A stretch of DNA of 63,898 nt. Source: Octopus bimaculoides. Its lineage: Eukaryota. Position numbers and translations under genes: made by a program. The notes beneath the pieces are model-generated. The model did no database searches and was not told where the DNA came from. It saw only the letters and a list, made by a program, of their open reading frames with translations. This document shows positions 43,001 through 55,900 of this stretch, piece by piece; within the stretch, counting starts at the first letter, position 1, and each line of letters opens with the position of its first letter. The stretch spans positions 52,268,895 to 52,332,792 of the forward strand of contig NC_068999.1 in NCBI RefSeq assembly GCF_001194135.2, in the 5' to 3' direction.

Positions 43001-45527
43001 TTCGTGAGAAGCAGTTATAACTGTCCTAGATTACTGTAATCTGAGTATGTCATTTCTATACATCTCATAAGTGGATGTGCCAACTTTTTTTTTATTCCAG
43101 ATTGAAGAAAACAGCTGTAACACACACCCTACTAAACTGCCTGTCACAATCCCATCCTTGTAACCAAATACTTGACAGAGATGGGAATTAAAACTGTCCC
43201 TCAGCCTCCCTGCAGTCCTGACCTTGCTCCTAGTGACTTTTGGTTGTTCCCCAAGCTGAAGGAGAACCTCAGGGGCAATCATTTTGAAGACATTGAGAAG
43301 ATAGGGTCTGTGACAAGAGTCCTGGACACCTTGACTTTGGAGGACTTCCGTGAGGCCTTCACAAAGTGGCTGGAGCACTTCAACACGTGCACTGAAGTCA
43401 AAGGATCCTACTTTGAAGACTAGTTTTGTACTTCTTTGAAATTATTAAATGTCTCTCTTGAAAAAGTCTAGAAGCTTTCAGAAAGCACCTCATAGCAATA
43501 TTGTGAATATGGACATTGATGAATATTTTAAAAATCTAACAACTGTGTTTTTGTTCTGTTTTAACAATGTTTCTTTTAACAACTGTTTTCTGTTTCCAAC
43601 AATTAAATAAACTGTACCAAATTACCTGGTTTTTTGTGGAGCACCCTGTTGTAATAAAAAAGATGACATTTAATATAAAAAAGAAAAAAATTTGAATGTA
43701 AACCTTACCTATGTCTTGTGTCAGCAGCACCAATGATGTAATGGCATACAACTTTCTCATCAGGAAAGATACCGGAACCTAGGAAATTCAAAATACCCAG
43801 TTTGCATTTTTCTAACTCTTCTGGCTTTAGAGGATTGTCACCTGTAACTCTTTTCAATGATTGTTCACTCATTCCTGGAGGTGGTATAGCAGGAGTAGAA
43901 TTATCCCCAGAGGTCACTGTTGCATGAGCACTGTAGATAGAAAAGTTAGGGTGTCTATATATATATGTATATACACATAATTATATATATATATATATAT
44001 ACACACACAATTATATATTCATATATATATATACATATATACACACACAATTATATATACATACATATGCATACACTATTATATATACATACATATATAT
44101 ATACACACACACATTACATATACATACATTTATATATATACACACACATAATTATATATACATCTATCTATCTATCTATCTATATATATATATATATCAC
44201 CTTTATATCAGCACACCTGTTTCTGGCCCTTTTCTGTACCTCTCTCTCACTTTCTATCTTCTCTCTCTCACTGGGTATCCATGTACCTCCTCCATAGCAA
44301 GACACCTATTTCTGCCTCTCTATTTCCCTGTTACACTCTAACCTTTCACCATTTGATACTCGATCATCACCTCCTCTAATGCCCCCTCTGTTGTGGCAAG
44401 ATACCTGCTTCTGTCTCTTTGTCACACTCTAACTTTCATCCTTTTGGGGGTCAATAAATTAAGTACCAGTTGCGTACTGAGGTCGATCTAATCAACAGGG
44501 CCCTCCCACAAAATTTCGGGCTTTGTGTCTAGAATAGAAAAGATATTGATATTTAGCATTATATAATGCAAGAAATGTATAATAGAGGAAACTAACTCAT
44601 TGGATCATATATATTGGAACATCATGGATGCATTCTGGATTCAACACTCAGATATTATGTAAAGGTTGTAATCATATGGAAACCATATGGACATAATAAA
44701 TCTGTATTCACCTCTCGTACCTCTTGCTCTTATGGTTATCATTTACTCTTAGTGGGAACATTTACTACTTGTATGTCTTGAATTTTTGGTTCCATGCACA
44801 AGTTAAAATTACATCATAATTTAATTACTATGTGAACTGATAGCCAGTTCATTGTGGGAGAGCTTACTGTGAGTTCTGTTTGAGTTATGTGTGTGTGTGT
44901 GTGTGTGTTGTTTTTTGTACGACAATATGATTTCTCTAGGTTACATGTCATCAATATGTTTACAAAGATACTTACTTGTAAGGTAACAGCAACACATCCA
45001 TTACGTAGTCCAAAAACAATCGGCTAATATTCGGTCTCTCTGAGAATTGATACATCTGTTCAAGTTTGGAAGGATCACTTGGAATTTTCACATGTTGTAA
45101 AGCTGGCACCAACAACTGGAATAAACTGTGTTTAAAAAGAAAAACAAAACAATTTCATTAGGGATATACTAAAAAGATCCATTAAGAGTTCTATTTTACT
45201 TTCCATTTTGAAGAAGATATAGTGAGATTGGGTTTCAGGTTGTTGGATGTTGAACAGGTATGACTATGTAGTAAGAAGATTGCTTCTCAACCACATGGTT
45301 TTGAGTTCATTCCTACTGTGACACCTTGGGCAAGTGTTTTCTATTATAGCCCTAGGTTGACTAAAGCCTTGGGAGTGGATTTGGTAGACAGAAACTGAAA
45401 GAAACCTATCATATATAAATGCGAGTGAGTGAGAGAGAGTTTGTGTTTTTTCATTCCATTAACGCTTGACAACAACCCTTCAAGGTGGTGCCTTAGTTGA
45501 ATGACTGAAACAAGTAAAAGATAAAAG

Positions 45528-45563
<36 letters not shown>

Positions 45564-48500
45564 GTCACCTTGCCTTGACATTGCCCGTTGGTTGTGAGTT
45601 TCACTGTCATACAGGCAGTGTCCTTCTTTCTAAACTAACACGTCTGGTCATGGAGAAATGTTACCTTACATGGAAACAAGTGAAGGTTAGTCAGAGGAAG
45701 AGCATGTGGCCACAAACAATCTGCTTCAACAGACACTCTCCAACGACCCGTGCAGGTATGAAAAGGTGGGCATTAAAATGATGATAATGTTACCTTGTCT
45801 CACAGACATGGTAACAAAAGATCAAAAGATGTGGCAATATGTCATACAACAAATCCATCTAAACCAGGCCAGCATACACAGGCAGCTGTTAAAAATGCTA
45901 GTGATGAATTATAATTATGAGGAGCTTTGTGACACAAGCTGCAGCAAAACTGCACAATTAGCGACAGTTTATTGATCATCAATGCCAAACTGAAATCTTT
46001 TTTTCAATGAATGTGAATTAAGATGTTATAAATCTTAGATTTGAGTTTTGTTGTCTTCACGCCGAAACCTTTTACACTTTCACCTCAAAATAATTAATGT
46101 TTTTAATCTATATAAATTCAATACAATACCTTAAACACCTTCACATTAAATATGGAGACAATTTTTTTAAAAATTAATAAACTTTATTTATATATATATG
46201 TATAAAACATACAAGAAGCAGATATTGTACTCAATAGTTTATGGAACATACACATATTTCAGAAAATTGCCATAACTACATAATAGTTGAAGAAACATTA
46301 TATAATCTAGCAATTTACCTCATCAGTGATCCACAATAAATATGACAACAAATATTGAAGGGTAAATATAAATACATTTTTCCAGTTATGCAAATTATCA
46401 ACAACTCTGTATGCTGCACGATGTAGCAGAGGCCAAAAATATGGACCATAAATGCACATACCTATCTTGCTGGGGTTGTGGTCGACCTTCAATACAGTTT
46501 AATAAGTTTGGTATGAGTTCTGCTTGTTGAGCAGGTTCAAGTCGAGGGTAACCTTTCTTAATATAAAGTATAGTAAAATTCTGCAACAGAAGAAAACAGT
46601 AGTAAAAAGCCATCATCATTTATTTGCATTGGAAAACCAGGATATATATATATATATATATATANNNNNNNNNNNNNNNNNNNNNNNNNNNNNNNNNNNN
46701 NNNNNNNNNNNNNNNNNNNNNNNNNNNNNNNNNNNNNNNNNNNNNNNNNNNNNNNNNNNNNNNNNNNNNNNNNNNNNNNNNNNNNNNNNNNNNNNNNNNN
46801 NNNNNNNNNNNNNNNNNNNNNNNNNNNNNNNTTTACAGTGAATTTTCATTGATGAGTTTATGAACCTTGGTTCTTTTCCCTAAAACTATATATATATATA
46901 TATATATTGCTTATGCCAAGAAATTAGAAACTTCAAGTGATATGAAATAAATTGTTTTTAATGGTGGAGCTCAAAAGATGGAGCTATAAATAATAGTTTC
47001 TAATTTTGGCACAAGGCTAGCAATTTCGGGGGAGAGGGTAAGTCAATTACATCGACCCCTGTAATCAACAGGTATTTATTTAATCAACTCCAAAAGGATG
47101 AAAGGCAAAGTCAACCTCGGTAGAATTTGAACTCAGAATGTTAAAGACAGACGAAATACCATAAAGCATTTTGCTCAGTGCGCTAATGATTTACAACTTA
47201 CTGCCTTAGATAAAGTTATACATAATAGCATGTAGAATATTAGGTTAAAAAAAGCCTTCAATAGAAAAAGTTGAAGGTTACATATATCTATATGTATGTA
47301 ACATCAAATCCATTACATTGATCAGGCATTTTATGAACAAAAGAACCATTGGCCTCATGATTCCAACAAAGCAATCACTAGTTCAATAGATTTCTGATGA
47401 TGTGTGATTCAGACAGAGGAAAAAAATGTCTTTTTTTAAATTTTATTTTGATGCACAAATTTATCAGTATATATGATATAATGAAGGAAATTGTTGTATA
47501 CAGTGCTCAGGTGCACTACAACTAAACAAAAAGACAAAACAAAAGCCATCAGGTGTACTGTTGGCGGATTTCTGGAAGCATGGAAGTTTTGAAGGATGTA
47601 GTGTCACGACAGCTAACATGAGATGCAGATAGTTTATTCCATGCTTCAGCAATTCTGAGTGTAAAAAAAATGTTTCTGAAAGTCATGGGTACTGTGTTGT
47701 CTTTTGATTTTATAAGCATGTCCACGAGTGTTTGTCACATGGAACTCAAAAAGGTGCCCAAGGTTGTTGTTGGAAAGATGGTGGATAATCTTGTTTATAA
47801 TAAACTTTATTTTATATTTCTTACCTACAAGAGATGATGTCCGATCTTTAGCATATGGCTGTATGTCTTCTCAAACCACAATCACAAGAAAAGGTGTTGA
47901 TGAGAATTATCAACAAAAACAAAGCTGATAAATAGGCACAGGTGTTGCAAATTAAGTTTCATTACCAATAAACATCAGATTGGACGACACTTTACTCAAC
48001 CAAGTAAAATATGTAAAATATGACCTGGACCGTAAAATGCTAATGTAATACTTATGTTCCCTGTTGACAATACATCCGGCTGCTTTGTGCTTTCAAAGAT
48101 CAGTCGAGTATAACACTATCTTGCTTGAGAAACAGGTAAGGAATGGCAACAAGAAGGGGATCCAGCCATAAATGCAGACTTAAATAAGTCCCCATCCGAC
48201 CCATGCCAGCATGGAAAAACAGACATAAAATGCATGAACAAACAAATCTTTTATCTCCCTTGTTTTATATTTTACTTATTTCTGTCACTGGACCGTGGTC
48301 GTGCTGGGGCATGGCCTTGACAGCGAACTTTATTTCCATCTTTATTAATACAATGTTGTCATTTCATGTAGCCGCAAGCCCTTATCGTCAACAATAAATA
48401 TAAACCCAGACATATGCAAAGAAAAATCCCACCCAAAATACAATGTTACAGATTTTCATATTTGACATTGGCTTTGATCCCATTTCTGAGTTTGGTATCT

Positions 48501-51500
48501 ACAAGGGTGTTAAACTTCAGCTCAGTGACTCATCTTATACATATGTACTGGTTGACATAATAATATGCCTCTGTACAGTTACCATGGAGAGCCAATTAAC
48601 CTATGCAAACATGAAGCATTCTGGGTAATGAATTGAATAGCAATGATGGTGATAATACCAGTGACAACAACAACAACAACAACACCAGCAGATTTGATTT
48701 GTTTTGTTATACAAATCAATACAGCACACTGTCAGATGCTCATTTTTATTGAATATTTTATTTATCTCCTTCAAGCGCAATAAAAGTCTCTAGCTTTGTT
48801 TTCTTATCGTCAAGAGCAAGGCAGTGTTCAGCACTCTTCATAAGGCCTCTGAAAACTCGTGGACAGAACAGAGGCAAGATACACCCCATACTGGAAACTT
48901 GACTCAAATGTTCACTAGGCAGGGGACACCACTAAAGACACCATCATCATCATTTAACGTCCATTCTCCATGCTGACATGGGTTGGATGGTTTGACATGG
49001 AGCTGGCCAGATTCCAGTTGTCTGTTGTGGCATGGTTTCTACAGCTGGATGCCCTTCCTAATGCCAACCACTTAACAGAGAGTGCTGGGCGCTTTTGACA
49101 TGTCACAGGTCCAGGCGCAATTATGCAGCACCAGCTTGGGTGCTTTTTATGTGGTACCGGCACATGAAATGACAAGCCTGTATATGTGGATGACAGCAAT
49201 TTTACTAAGCTTAACGTGTCTTATCAAGTACAGCAAATCACCTCACCTCCCAGCCCCTTGTAATTTCCTCAGTGAGGCCCAGCATCCAAAGATCCTTTCT
49301 CACCACTTTCTCCCACATCGTCCTGGGTCAACTCCTTCCACAGGTTCCCTCCACAATTAGAGCTCGGCACTTCTTTATGCAGCTGTCCTCATCCATATGC
49401 ATCACATGACCAAACCAGCACGGTCTTCTCTCCTGCACACATCTGATGCCTCTTATACCCAGTTTTCCTCTTAAATCATTTACACTCTGTCATGCATGCA
49501 CACTGACATTGCCAATCCTCTGTAGTCAAAACCTAAACCGGTTGAGAGGTAGTCTATCACCTAAGTAGGCCAAGGTAGAAATTTGAACTCAGAAAAGAAC
49601 AGGTCTGGCTGTGTGTTTAAGAAGTTTGCTTTCCAACCACATTTCAGGTTCAGTCCCACTGCTTGGCACTTTGGACAAGTATCTTCTATTATAGTCCCAA
49701 GCCAACCAAAACCTTGTGAGTAGATTTTGGTATATGGAAACTATAAGAAACCTGTAATGTATATGTGTGTGTGCATGTGTATATGTGTGTGTGTACACGC
49801 ACACGCACACACACACACACACACACAATGGGCTTCTACAGTTTCCATTCACCAAGTTCACTCACAAGGTACTGGCCAGTCCAAGGCTATAGTACATTTG
49901 CTCAAAGTGCCACACAGGGAGACTGAACCCAAAATAATGTGATTGCAAAGCAAGCTCTTTACCCACATAAGCCATGCCTGCTCCTATTGTTAATTTTGAA
50001 AAAAATACAAAAGATCAATTAGGCCTTAGTCACACTTTCTGATAACTGCAGTTGTTGCATAACCTTAAGTCAATTTTGATCAAACAGACCTCTGATCAAA
50101 AGCATTCAAGCTATGACCAGCCCGTCTTTTCAGAGGATGTCTAAATTTACATTATTTAACGCGTTTTTTCTTTTTTTTTTTAAGATAGTAAAATTTGATT
50201 TGGGTGAGACTGACTGCTATTTCTAGTAGATTCAGCACACATATAGAAGTTCCCTCTGTGATATTTATGTAGTCTATCTGCAGCCCACAACCTCACTAAT
50301 CAACAATTTATAGCAGCATTTGAATCCAGCACTCTAAGTTAACAAAACACTAGCTAACTATAAACTGTCCTTACTCGAGTCAAGTCAGCTGTATTTCTTC
50401 ATGGTACCTGTTTTCATTTGTATGCACCGAGTTACCTAGGACTTAATTATCTAAATACATTATGATCACTGGTGCAAAATAATTTACAGCAGGATGTGCT
50501 GCTTAACACAAACCACTCAACCGTAAAATGAGTGTGGCATCTATCTTTCAGCTAGGTAGGTGGAGACAAACTGAATGATATTGCATAATAGATACATTAT
50601 GATTGATAATTGAAAACATAATAATTGACAAAATAATAATAATGGCTTCTAATTTAGGAACAAGATCAGCAATTTTGAAGGGAGTGGCATTAATCAATAT
50701 CATCAAGTCTAGAACTCAGCTTGTATTTATTCCACTATTAATTCGGNNNNNNNNNNATGAAAGGTAAAATTCCTTTTGGCAGGATATGAACTTAGAGAGT
50801 AAAGAGCCAGAACAAATATCACAGCTCAAGGCCAACCAGTGAACTGAAAGTCAATTTGGTAGAAAACTGCATGCATGCATGAATGTACATATATATGTAT
50901 TCATTCGTGTGTGACTATGTGATTGCTTACATTTGCACTTTTCAGAAAATTGCTAACCTACAAGTGATTTACATAGTTGTCATGCTCCTCTGAATTTTCA
51001 AAGGTATGTGAAATAAAAGATTCTTTACTTGATAGATGAAAACTATGTATGTATGTACATACGTATGCATTCATGCATGTCTGTGTGATTGCTTACTTAC
51101 AAGTGAATTACACAGTTGTTATGTTCCTATGTATTTTCAAACAGGTGTGTGGAATAAAAGACTCCTTACTTGAAAAAAAAAAAAAAAAAAAAAAAAAACA
51201 GGTAAGGGTTAGCAATAGGAAGGGCATCCAGTTGTAAAACAATGCTTCAATAATATATTCATCTAACCCATACTAGCAGGGAAAAAACAAGACTTAACCA
51301 AAAAAAAAAAATAAATAAATAACCCTCATGTTGCCAGTTTAGTTAATATTACCGATAGATATTTGAGAAGATATGGCAGCTTTAATACATTCATATAATC
51401 TTGTGGCATTGAAAGATACAAGTATTTATGAAAACAGAGAGGAATCTGTGAAAGTAAAATCAATCTTTTACTATTTGATATTCTACAGCAACATTATTCT

Positions 51501-51863
51501 TTCAGGCAGCCTTGGCAGAAATATGCCAAATGATTGTATTTCTTTTCCTTTACAAAAGTTCTATATTAAGAAAAAATTGCAGTAGGAAATTTGTTTTGGT
51601 AATGGAAACTTGACAGTCCTATTCTTGGGATCTACATTTATCTTTATCTCTTTATTTTTTTGCTTGTTGCAGTCATTTGGCAGTGGCCATGCTGAGACAC
51701 CACCTTGAAGGGTTCCACTGAACAAATCAACCAAAATACTTATTTTTAAGTTAAGTATGGTACCTCCTATTCTATTAGTCTCTTTTGCCAGACTGCTATG
51801 TCACAGTGATGTAAAGAAACTAACACCAGTTGTCAACCAAGAGTTGGGGACAAACACATGCAT

Positions 51864-51894
<31 letters not shown>

Positions 51895-52067
51895 ACGATC
51901 ATCATCATTTAATGTTTTCCAACCCTTACCTGTTTTTCAAGTAAAGAACATTTTTCTTATATTCCAGAAGAATTTACTGAGCTATAACTGGGGACTTTTG
52001 TTGACAGGAAGTGTCAAAAAAGGCCACCATCCTTTATAGGACTGCCACATTCTGTTGGCATATAAAC

Positions 52068-52107
<40 letters not shown>

Positions 52108-52927
52108 TAAGTGTGTGATTGTGTGTGTGTACACTTATACAATAGGTTTCACAATGTTTTTGTCCACCAAATTCCCTTACAAGGTATTGGTTGGCCCAGA
52201 GCTATTGTGGAAGACACTTGCCCAAGATGTTGCTCAGTGGGATTGAACCTAAAGCCACATGGTTGAGAAGTAAACTTTATAACCACACAGTCATGCTCTT
52301 GTTCTTTAATATCTCACACTAAGGCCTTGACATTAGCTAAATGATTTCGCAAATACAATGCAAAGTCGCAGATACCAAAATATTGTTGCTCATGAAAATA
52401 CAGACTGGGCCTTTGTGATTTATTAATGGTTTTTGTAAATGCCAGAATTAGAGGAAATTACTTTGCATAGTGAATGGTAATATTGAGTCAGAAGACTCTA
52501 AATAAATTTAAAGAATATATATACATGTATATTAAAAAAAAGCTAAAACATAGTGAACCTTTAATGTTCCCCATAATAATTTTTATAATCAATGAAATTC
52601 CTCTGAATGAAACAAGTCTGTTACTAAAATCAGCAGAACTTGTTCCATTCATTAAACCATTTTTTTAAAATTCAAGCTTCTCAGTAATATAATAAAAGCT
52701 TCAGTTAGGATTCTATGCTGAAGGCAGTTAGAAATATGTTTCAAGATATTACTCTCATTTCCAGTATTCCTGTACTATCACCCTCTCTTGTACTGATTCT
52801 ATTCAATCTAATTACCAACAACCATCAGGTAGTTCCCCCGCTCTCTCTCCCCCCATCACCTTCTTACTCTGGCTCTCTTCTGTTACGTTTTTATGTCACT
52901 CTTTTGTTCGAATTCTTTTCTAGTTAA

Positions 52928-52979
<52 letters not shown>

Positions 52980-55900
52980 NNNNNNNNNNTATAAGTTATA
53001 ATAAACTGATTTTTTTTATAAGATACAACAAAATAAATATTTAACTCTACAATTTGTATTGAGTTCTCTAACAGATAATGCTTCAACTGGTGTTAACATA
53101 TCTCTAAACATGTTAACCACCTATGCATAAAACACACACACACACACACACTCAGTAGAATAAGAAATAGAAAGTCCTTGGTACAGTATTATATATTTTT
53201 GAAAAGATGAATAGAAATGGCATCCCTGTTAATTTTTCTACTTAAAAAACTAGATGTTTATAAAATTATTAGGTATTTACACACACACACACACACACAT
53301 TTATATACACATACACATTTATACACACCCACATGTATATAGACACAAGTATCCCAAGTCATGGAGTACATAGTAATGTGCTCTATTTCTTTTTCACGAT
53401 AAGAATTCTAAGAACATTCTACACTTATGTTGTGTATGTATGTACACACACACACACACATACATACATGCATATATATATATAAGCAGGATATTGACAA
53501 TATGACAGCTAGTTCTACATATTCATTATAATCCTATGAATTCAGTATTCTCAACTAAATTATGTTACCTCTCAAAAGAAACTGATAATCCATTGTTATT
53601 GATTCACGAACGAGTGAATTAACATTCTGGGCATTTCATTACATCTGTGCTGGTCTATACACACAAAAAAAAAATCTGACATGTATACACGTAAACAAAT
53701 AAAATATATATATGATAAAAAAAAAAGGTAAATAAAAAGGTCAATGAAATAACTATCTTTAAAGGCATCAATCCAAGGAAGAGGAAAAAAGAAAGAGTAA
53801 GTTTTCTTCTTAATAGTAAAGAAGCAGGCATTTCTCCTTGATTTCACACAGTGCTGATTTAAAGTGGCATACAGAGCTTTCCATGGAGATATAAGATAAA
53901 AAAGAAATGAAACCAGAAATTATATACCATAACGAGAGAGGGGGGGAGAGAGAGACAGGGAGAAAGAGAACAATTTAGAAATGAATTTAATATAAATATA
54001 TCTCAGCTAGATTTTGGTATCAATAAATGAGGCTCCTTATTTGGAATAAGTGATGTGTGTAGAGAGCCAAGTATAGAGAGCTGAGTTCCTGGAGAGATGC
54101 TGAAACTACAACTTGGATTCCAGTTCTTAGTTCTTGTTTTTGTTTTTTTTGCCTCACTTACTGAAGTGTAAACATCACACACTAATGTTTCCACATGCAT
54201 GCATATCCAAGGTCTCGTGTTAAAGTAAGGAAGTAATAAGTACAGGATGTTCGTTATCATCAGCACTACAACATCACCAAAACTGAGTGTTTGGGTTGTC
54301 TTTTGTGCTACATTCCTGGCAATAAGGTTTGTTAATACCCTTTTTGTAGACCATATATTTATATGATAAAAAAAAACAGTGAGCAAGTGACTTTTCCAGC
54401 AAACATGGAAGCCACTTTGTAGTCGCTTAACCTGCTAAAAATAATAGCCAAATAGCCTTGCTGCTTTACAAAATAAAGAACATGTTGGATGTGTAGTTTT
54501 TGATTAACTATATCAGAGAAATAAGACAGATAGAAAGGTCATGGCAGGAATGCCTTTAATTATAGGTCTGCTCAACCGAGGCTGACTTGGGATTAAACAA
54601 TAGTTCACAGAACCTACTTGAAAGTCAGTCTGAAGGACAAGAAACCTTAAAAAGTCTTACGATTTAATTTTCAAGGATCACAACATACTAATCAATTGAG
54701 TGACCTTTAGCACACTTAGACATATTGTATGACAGTAGAGTTTTCTCCCCTGTAGTTGCAGACGCATTGTGTCACACTGAGAGGGGAAAAAAACTCATCC
54801 GGCAACATGATGCACCTCCAGCATGCTAAAGGTTAAAGGAGCAACAAATTGTGTTTTGTCACTCTAGTACATTTTCCCTTGAGCCACAACATGAAAGGCT
54901 CATCAGTGATGCCTTGACAGCCCTCTAGATCACATATCACTCATCATCATTTTAGCATCCACTTTTCCATGTTTGCATGGATTGGAGATTACTGAGGCAC
55001 AATTAGTACAACCAGATGCCTTTCCTGTTGCTAACTCACATCAGTTTTCAAGCAAGGTAACATTTTTCCATAAACAGACATGTTTTAGCAGAATTTTATC
55101 TAGCTTGGAAACAGGTGACAGTTAGTGACAGGAAAGGCATCCAGCCATAGAAAAACTACCTCAACAAATTCTGATCAACCAATGCAAGGATGGAAAAGTG
55201 AACATTAAAACAATGACACTGACGATGATAGTGATGATGACACACACACACAAAACAGGTTTCTTTCAGTTTCCATCTGCCAAATCCATTCACAATACTT
55301 TGGTCAGTCCAAGGCTATAGAAGAAGACAGCTGCCAGAGGTGCCATGCAGTAGCACCGAATCTGAAACCGTGTAGTTGGAAAGCAAATTTCTTAACCTCA
55401 CAGATATGGCTGCTTGCTGCTGCTGCCCCTTCTCCTCCTCATCAGCAGCAGCAACAACAACCACACACGCACGCGCGCGCACAACCTAACTCTGAAATTA
55501 ATATTTCATCCGGATAAAATATCAATTATCTAACTCATTGTTGTGAATTGTAATACTAAATTAATTAAATCTCAAACTGGAAATTAGTTTCAATGGAAGA
55601 TTTCCTAAATCGCTCAAGCTTAAATACCTACATCTATTCTTTAACTCCTTTCAACAATACTGTCTTTTGTTTTTGATTTTTCTTCTCCATTTTCCTCACT
55701 TTAAACAAACATTTCTGTTGTCTGTATTATTATGTTGACCATGAACTCTATTCTTTTCGAGATGTGGTTGATTAAAAATTAAAATTAAAAACAAAACGAA
55801 AGAAAGTAACCAGATACCAAATTAATATAATTAAGTCTTGAGTAAAAAGTAAACACAAAAACAAAAAAATTTTTTTAATCTTTCCTTAATCATGAAATGA

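Noticed and set aside
43965-44297. ORFs rich in YIYI/THTH/VCVC repeats (many in the track)
   Set aside because: Translations of (TA)n/(CA)n microsatellites.
47820-47930. YGCMSS motif suggesting a Tc1 transposase fragment
   Set aside because: Match limited to ~6 residues; no other DDE motifs or TIRs.
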